From NCBI GenBank assembly GCA_001302825.1, contig LIZR01000004.1, positions 1 through 41,302 on the forward strand: a DNA stretch of 41,302 bases, written 5' to 3'. The notes under the pieces were generated by a model that was not told where the DNA came from, made no database searches, and was given only the letters and a program-made list of their open reading frames with translations. Of the stretch, positions 36,337 through 41,302 are shown one piece after another. Every line of letters starts with the position of its first letter. The first letter of the stretch is position 1. The DNA comes from Planctomycetes bacterium DG_23. GTDB taxonomy: Bacteria; Planctomycetota; DG-23. The position numbers and the translations under genes were made by a program.

Positions 36337-38269
36337 CATCTGCTGTAGACAGCGTGTCTTCGTCGGCCTTAATCACGAAGATGTCATCTTCCTCAAAGAG
36401 GATTTTGTCCGTAGGTATGCGCCCCAGGAAAAATTCTCTATTCCCTTTCACCAGGTTCTGCACATAATCGTTATATGGCTGAAAATAAAAATTCCCTGCC
36501 CTTAGGTACTCAGGGCTGAAATGCTCTCGGTTGACTACCAGATGAGTAACGCCGAATTTACGGGCAAAATGGAGTATTTCTTGACCAGAAGCGGAGTAAT
36601 AGGCATCAAAAAATCTTAGTGAACGCTCTTTAATCTTCCCATAATAGCCATCCATATAAGGATGCGAAAGTTCCGCAGTAACCAGGACTCGGCGGCGCGA
36701 GTAAAGGGGCACTGGATCCATAATTTCCGGATGGCCGGCGAGAAGTGAGTCTTTGGGCAAAGTGGCCAAGAATTGGTAGAGGCCTTTGTGGGGATAGGAA
36801 ATAAAATGTTTTTTGCCAAAATAAAGATTATAGCCAAAACCGCTGGCGAGAAAAATGGCCGCGAGGATCACCTTGAGTCCCTTTTCATTTATCTTATCGC
36901 GCTCCCGCAGGGTAAGAGCGACATAAAGGACACCGGGCAAAAGGGCAAGCAAGCCCAGCGCCAAAAGATATCGGTCGTACCTCGCCTCTATCCAGCGCAG
37001 GTTCTCTTCCGGGGTTTCCCCCTGCGGGCCGTATTTGAACACCATTTTTTCAAAATCAATCTTGTTAGTTGTGCGGTAAGTGAGATAGGCCCCTATAGAG
37101 ACGATAGTGACCACGGCCAGGGCCCTGCTCGTCAACTTCAGTGTCCTCTTTTTTGCCCTCGCCACCACTTCAATAGAAGCCCTTGCTGCGCTGGCCAAAA
37201 AAAGTAAAAAGAAGATGCTCAACCCATAATGGAGATATCTATTGGGCTCGTAGAGCCTGGCCGCGAATATCTTTGCCGCCTCAAAAAGGATGATGCCGGA
37301 GTAGAGCCTGGCCGCGAATATCTTTGCCGCCTCAAAAAGGATGATGCCGGAGAGAAGAAAATACCATCCCTCTTTAGGCACTCGCACGATATTTTTTGGC
37401 AAAATTAGGACAAAAATGCCCAGAGAGACCAGCAAAAAGCCATTCCACATATTCCTTCCCATTTCTGGAAATAGTTTAGGCTGCGGTATTGAGGTCACCC
37501 GACCTCCAGCCCGAAATTCCGCCATTTTTTCCATCTCTTTTCGGTTTACAATCTTGCCCAAGGCTTCATCGCGGCCGGGCCAGAGATACTGGGAAAAAAG
37601 AATGAGGAAAACCAAAAGGCAAGATATGCCAATCGCAGCCACCTTCTTTTTGCTAATGGAAAGGCTCGGCTTCAGTCCAGAAAACTTTATCAGGGACAAG
37701 GCAAATGCTACCAGGATGAGCGCAGTCCCCGGGGGATAAAAAAAAGCACTCGCTGCCGTGGTAACACCCGCTTCCACGAATCGTTCCCGGCTCAAGTAAT
37801 AAAGAAAAATGGCGAAAAAGGGAAAGGCAAAGGCCTTATGTAGGCCACCTGCGAAACTATCCAGATGTGCATCGTCTATAAATAAAAGGAGCACCAGGAA
37901 AAAGCCAGTCTGAAGAGACCCCTTGGAGCGGCCGAGTCTTAAGAAGAAGTAAGTGCTTACCAGAGCCAGGATGAAAGGGACAGTCCGGGCGAAAATTAGG
38001 GGCTTAACCAAAAAAGAGGCCAGCCAGTAGATGGCCACAAAGCCTCGAGGTTGGACAAATTTGACAAAGCGGGTTTGTAGGTCATCCTGGAAAAGACCCT
38101 TTTCCTCAAACTCGGCCATCCAATAAATATGCTGACAGGTGTCATCGTCCACTGTGTAGTAATCCCGAAGGGTGGGCAGTTGAAAGCGGTAGACCAGAAG
38201 AAACACCACCACGCTTACGACTATATAAGGCCAGGCCCCCTTAATTCTCCGTCTGGTTTTTCCCCACAT
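36329..38269 (-). CDS. Polytopic membrane protein with a soluble C-terminal domain, possible GT-C fold glycosyltransferase
   Basis: 646 aa with more than 10 predicted TM helices. An acidic first-loop motif YTVDDDTCQHIYW follows TM1, as in GT-C enzymes. I recognise no specific family. Its 3' end overlaps the convergent + strand gene by 8 nt. Confidence 0.45.
   Translation of the reverse strand: MWGKTRRRIKGAWPYIVVSVVVFLLVYRFQLPTLRDYYTVDDDTCQHIYWMAEFEEKGLFQDDLQTRFVKFVQPRGFVAIYWLASFLVKPLIFARTVPFILALVSTYFFLRLGRSKGSLQTGFFLVLLLFIDDAHLDSFAGGLHKAFAFPFFAIFLYYLSRERFVEAGVTTAASAFFYPPGTALILVAFALSLIKFSGLKPSLSISKKKVAAIGISCLLVFLILFSQYLWPGRDEALGKIVNRKEMEKMAEFRAGGRVTSIPQPKLFPEMGRNMWNGFLLVSLGIFVLILPKNIVRVPKEGWYFLLSGIILFEAAKIFAARLYSGIILFEAAKIFAARLYEPNRYLHYGLSIFFLLFLASAARASIEVVARAKKRTLKLTSRALAVVTIVSIGAYLTYRTTNKIDFEKMVFKYGPQGETPEENLRWIEARYDRYLLALGLLALLPGVLYVALTLRERDKINEKGLKVILAAIFLASGFGYNLYFGKKHFISYPHKGLYQFLATLPKDSLLAGHPEIMDPVPLYSRRRVLVTAELSHPYMDGYYGKIKERSLRFFDAYYSASGQEILHFARKFGVTHLVVNREHFSPEYLRAGNFYFQPYNDYVQNLVKGNREFFLGRIPTDKILFEEDDIFVIKADEDTLSTADAT
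37250..37351. repeat. Perfect 51-bp tandem direct duplication (2 x 51 nt) inside the 646-aa gene
   Basis: 37250-37300 and 37301-37351 are identical: GTAGAGCCTGGCCGCGAATATCTTTGCCGCCTCAAAAAGGATGATGCCGGA. The duplication is in frame and encodes SGIILFEAAKIFAARLY twice. Confidence 0.9.
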
Positions 38270-38940
38270 AATTCACCCCAGGCCAGATTTTGCGGAATGT
38301 TTTATAATTAAACAGCAAATCCCTATGGGTTGCAAGAGTAATAGCCGCGGTCTTTATCCAAGAAAATTCAGGATGAAGGAGGCGTGGTTAAAGAATAGAG
38401 TTCAAACATACGGGCCTTGAACTGCAAACGCAGATAATCCCGGGCAAAGGAACGGAGGAATTGGCGCTGTCTTTGGGCCTCAGCCTTTTCAATTTGCCCT
38501 CTCCTCATCCTCCATTCCAATAACCCATCGTTAAATAATAAGTGGGTGATACCTTGAGACCGAAGGGCCTGATAAATTTCTTCATTGGATGAGGACTGGG
38601 CCACGAGTCTATTCCAGGTCAAATTATGAAGGTCGGGGATGGTGGAAGGCTTAATATAAAAGGTGCGGGCCTCATAAAGCATAAGGATTTTTGCCGTAGG
38701 AGGAAGTTTAGTATTGATGTATGCGACCGAAGGCAGGAAAGCGGAATAGGGTTCACACTCTGTCAATATATACTCCTTTGACTCCAGGCCCGCCAGATAT
38801 CTCCAGGGCGTCAGATTCTTAGTCATATGATATTGCAATTTAGCGTTTAGGCTCATAATGACGAGTGCGGCCAGGGGCACCGCGTTCTTCAGGAAGCGAA
38901 AGCGTCTTCTGGGTTTAATGGCTTCGTCCAGGATATAAGC
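38224..38940. repeat. Copy A of a ~0.72 kb (visible part) direct repeat
   Basis: Colinear with 40583-41302 at an offset of about 2362 nt. It covers the first codons of the downstream gene, the intergenic region and the 3' ~570 nt of the GT-C gene. Confidence 0.8.
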
Positions 38941-40329
38941 GGTAGTGAGACTGAGCAAGGGGAATACGGGTAAGAGATAGCGTATGCTTTGTACGGTCAA
39001 GGTCCAGTAGACATAATAAAGACCGCTTAAAAAGAAGAAAATATTTAGGCGATGGTTTTTCTTGAGTAAGAGATAAATAGGCAGGAGGATAAAGAGGTAG
39101 TTTATAGAGTGGCGTTCGGCTAAATCAAACCGCGTGGGTTCTGTAAAGAGTTCCCACAGGTTGATAAACAGAGGCTTTAGCCCGCGGCCGGAGCCTAAGT
39201 CATCAGTGCCCTGTTTAAGTTCCTGGAGCAAAAAGGTATCCACTCCTTTGCCTCCGAAATAGAAAGGATAGACCGGATTATCCAGCCAGAGCCAATTCTT
39301 CACATACCAGTATCCAGCGACAGCCACCGCCAGGAGCACGAATATGAATGCCGCCGCCAGCCAGCGCCTTAGACCCTCACGCCATCTAACCAATCTCTCC
39401 CAGCCCAGCCAGAGCGGTATAGCCCCTAACCAGAATAAGGCGGTATATTTGGTGGCCAGAGCGAAGCCAATGGCTATCGCCCCGATAATCAGCCAGCCAT
39501 TGCGCCAGGCGGGTGTTTTATCATTCCGCTCAAGATGAATAAAGACCGCATAAATTCCCAAGAAGATATAGAAGGTTAAATTCAAATCTACATGAGAGGT
39601 TGTGGCAGTTTCGGCCACCACACCCGCCGCCCAGAAGACGCAGAAGACAATGAACCCTAAGCGGCGGCTGAAAAAGCGCGCACCAAAGGCCCCCATAGCC
39701 AGGGCCGTGAAGAAGGCGGTCATAGTGCTCAAAGCCTGAGCCAGGGCATCGCTTTTAGCGGCCACTCCTACAGCGTAAACGAGTTGCATTGAAGCCGGGA
39801 AGTTGGCTCCGAAGTTATCGTAAAAGGGAATGATTGCCCTGATGATAACGGCGGCGATGGTTATTATAGCAAGTGCTATGTATAGAACGAGCCAGAAGGA
39901 CTTCAATTCCCGAAGCGCTCCTTTGGCCTCCCGGGGCAGCGCACTCAGCCAGGAGGCCATCGGCTTAATGGATATGATGAACAAGAGCCCCAGGAGTACA
40001 AAGATGGCTAAGGGATAAAGGAGATGCAAAAGGGCCAAAAGCAGTAAGGAATAGGAGATAACGCCCAACCCCAGGCCAAAGGCAAAGACGGTGCGTTCAA
40101 GATACGATGCTGTCTCTATGCGTAACAACTTGAGCAGTCCCTCCCCCAGGGAAATAGCCAGAATGGTCAGAAAGATTATAAGGAAGATGTCAAAGAGACG
40201 ACTGAAGATAAGGAGCGCGGGGCGAGAAAGGGCCAGCATATGGCCACAAGTGATGAGCAAAGCGACTGCTAAGATGATTGCCCCGCCAACATAGCGGGCC
40301 TTGTATGGCCTGGGGCGCTGCTCGGCCAC
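38368..40329 (-). CDS. GT-C fold membrane glycosyltransferase, ArnT/PMT_2 (GT39)-like
   Basis: 653 aa with a GTG start 1 nt after the stop of the upstream GT2 fragment. It has many TM helices, motifs FALATKYTALF and NPVYPFYFG, and a soluble C-terminal domain of about 170 aa. Confidence 0.55.
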   Translation of the reverse strand: MAEQRPRPYKARYVGGAIILAVALLITCGHMLALSRPALLIFSRLFDIFLIIFLTILAISLGEGLLKLLRIETASYLERTVFAFGLGLGVISYSLLLLALLHLLYPLAIFVLLGLLFIISIKPMASWLSALPREAKGALRELKSFWLVLYIALAIITIAAVIIRAIIPFYDNFGANFPASMQLVYAVGVAAKSDALAQALSTMTAFFTALAMGAFGARFFSRRLGFIVFCVFWAAGVVAETATTSHVDLNLTFYIFLGIYAVFIHLERNDKTPAWRNGWLIIGAIAIGFALATKYTALFWLGAIPLWLGWERLVRWREGLRRWLAAAFIFVLLAVAVAGYWYVKNWLWLDNPVYPFYFGGKGVDTFLLQELKQGTDDLGSGRGLKPLFINLWELFTEPTRFDLAERHSINYLFILLPIYLLLKKNHRLNIFFFLSGLYYVYWTLTVQSIRYLLPVFPLLSLTTAYILDEAIKPRRRFRFLKNAVPLAALVIMSLNAKLQYHMTKNLTPWRYLAGLESKEYILTECEPYSAFLPSVAYINTKLPPTAKILMLYEARTFYIKPSTIPDLHNLTWNRLVAQSSSNEEIYQALRSQGITHLLFNDGLLEWRMRRGQIEKAEAQRQRQFLRSFARDYLRLQFKARMFELYSLTTPPSS

Positions 40330-40330
40330 G

Positions 40331-40630
40331 CTACGGCCTCCACCAGGTAGTCAGTATGGTCTTGATGAAATGCAGCCCGTAACGCCAGTCCTTGCCTTTT
40401 TTGCTCTGGCCCGCGTGGCGGGGGAGGAGGGTTATGGGAGCTTCGGCGAGGCGCAGTCCCCTCTTGGCGGCATCTATGATTAATTCAGCGGTATGATATT
40501 GGTCTTGCCTGAGATGGACCTTCTTCAAGACCTCTGCACGAACTGCGCGAAAACCGCTGGAACAATCATAAACGCTTATCGGTATGTAAGGCCAGACCCC
40601 TTTTGTGTTCCTCACGGTTTTTTGCCACAT
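40331..40630 (-). pseudogene. Chimeric remnant: first ~16-20 codons homologous to the 646-aa gene, fused to the C-terminal half of a GT2 (DPM1/ArnC-like)
   Basis: MWQKTVRNTKGVWPYI compares with MWGKTRRRIKGAWPYI of the 36329-38269 product. The remainder, SSGFRAVRAEVL...AEAPITLLPRHAGQSKKG, is the acceptor-side half of a GT2. The N-terminal DxD catalytic half is absent. Confidence 0.6.
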
Positions 40631-41302
40631 ATCTCACCCCAGACGCAGATTTTTCAGACGCTTTTAATATTAAATGACAAATCTCTCTTTGTTGCAAGGA
40701 CAATAGTAGTGGTTTTTATTCAAGAAAATTCAGGATGAAGAAGGTGTGGTTAGAGAATAGATTTCAAACATATGGGCTTTAAACTCCAAACGCAGATAAT
40801 CCCGGGCAAAAGAGCGGAAGAGTTGAAGCTGCCTCATACCCTCGGCTTTTTCAACCATGTCTCTCTTTATCCTCCATTCCAAGGCCCCGTGGTTAAATAA
40901 TAAGTGAGTGATGCCTTGAGACCGAAGGGTCTGATAAATTTCTTCATTGGATGAGCACTGGGCCACGAGTCTATTCCAGGCCAAATTATGCAGGCCGCGG
41001 ATGTTGGAAGGCTTAATATAATAGGTTCGTGCTTCATAAAGCATAAGGATTTTTGCTGTAGGAGGAAGTTTAGTATTGATGTATGCAACTGAGGGTAGAA
41101 AGTGGAGGTAAGGGTCGCACTCTCTCAATATATATTCCTTTGGTTCCAGGCCTGCCAGATACCTCCAGGGCGTGAAATTTTTAGTCGTATCATATTGCGA
41201 TTTGGTATTTACGGCCATAATAACGAGTGCGGCCAGGGGCACCGCGTTCTTCAGAAAGCGAAAGCGTCTTCTGGGTTTAATGGTTTCGTCCAGGATATAA
41301 GC
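40583..41302. repeat. Copy B of the direct repeat (continues beyond the window)
   Basis: By eye it is about 80-90 % identical to copy A. The last ~85 nt are nearly identical (3 mismatches). Confidence 0.8.
40730..41302 (-). CDS. Paralog of the 653-aa GT-C-like protein; only the C-terminal ~190 aa lie in the window
   Basis: The reading frame stays open to the window edge. AYILDETIKPRRRFRFLKNAVPLAALVIM... matches AYILDEAIKPRRRFRFLKNAVPLAALVIM... of the neighbouring gene. The track reports only the internal Met at 41242. Confidence 0.75.
   Translation of the reverse strand, partial: AYILDETIKPRRRFRFLKNAVPLAALVIMAVNTKSQYDTTKNFTPWRYLAGLEPKEYILRECDPYLHFLPSVAYINTKLPPTAKILMLYEARTYYIKPSNIRGLHNLAWNRLVAQCSSNEEIYQTLRSQGITHLLFNHGALEWRIKRDMVEKAEGMRQLQLFRSFARDYLRLEFKAHMFEIYSLTTPSSS

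Noticed and set aside
36773-37739. + strand ORFs 36773-37207 and 37341-37739 opposite the 646-aa membrane protein gene
   Set aside because: They are shadow frames of a long hydrophobic ORF with no start context or motifs.
1-41302. CRISPR arrays, tRNA/rRNA genes, transposases, integrases, reverse transcriptases
   Set aside because: No short regularly spaced repeats, no tRNA-like T-arm/acceptor patterns in intergenic gaps, and no ORF with recombinase or RT motifs. The only repeats are the 51-bp duplication and the ~2.36-kb segmental duplication.

Overview
About 41 kb from an unidentified bacterium, roughly 50-55 % GC by eye. GC is much lower in 1-900 and somewhat lower in 36.3-41.3 kb. Nearly all of 1.2-36.3 kb is coded on the + strand. 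All protein calls rest on motifs I recognise in the supplied translations, not on database searches.

(1) Left edge: a partial AbiEi-type antitoxin gene, followed by an AT-rich non-coding stretch.

(2) A translationally coupled operon, leuA / URO-D-family protein / fused aroD-aroE / aroK. It is preceded by a consensus sigma70 promoter and an unannotated Leu-rich leader peptide. An antiterminator/terminator pair follows the peptide, which looks like a classical attenuator.

(3) pilD, a LapA-like protein, an OmpA-like lipoprotein and hisA.

(4) A type IV pilus motor and regulation gene train: EF-G paralog, stand-alone PilT N-domain ORF, pilT, pilB, pilC, pilS-like kinase and pilR-like sigma54 activator.

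(5) About 13 kb of glycosylation genes that run straight out of pilR. They comprise three polyprenyl-phosphate-sugar-synthase-like GT2s, a GT4, AsnB, a UPF0104 membrane protein, a transglutaminase-methyltransferase fusion, an ArnT-like GT-C and a YfhO-like GT-C.

(6) Two tandem paralogous large type IV pilin genes. Each has its own TGGCAC-N5-TTGCA sigma54 promoter and a conserved pair of TGAC-N7-GTC inverted repeats at identical spacing.

(7) A lipoprotein, a Gfo/Idh/MocA oxidoreductase and a sugar-phosphate isomerase.

(8) On the - strand, three large polytopic GT-C-like membrane proteins. This block carries a perfect 51-bp in-frame tandem duplication. It also carries a ~2.36 kb tandem segmental duplication whose junction is a chimeric truncated GT2 ORF.

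No rRNA, tRNA, CRISPR array, transposase or integrase was seen. The most system-like candidate is the pilus-embedded periplasmic glycosylation island, apparently wired to PilSR/sigma54. It is not a clearly novel machine; its link to the pilins is a hypothesis.
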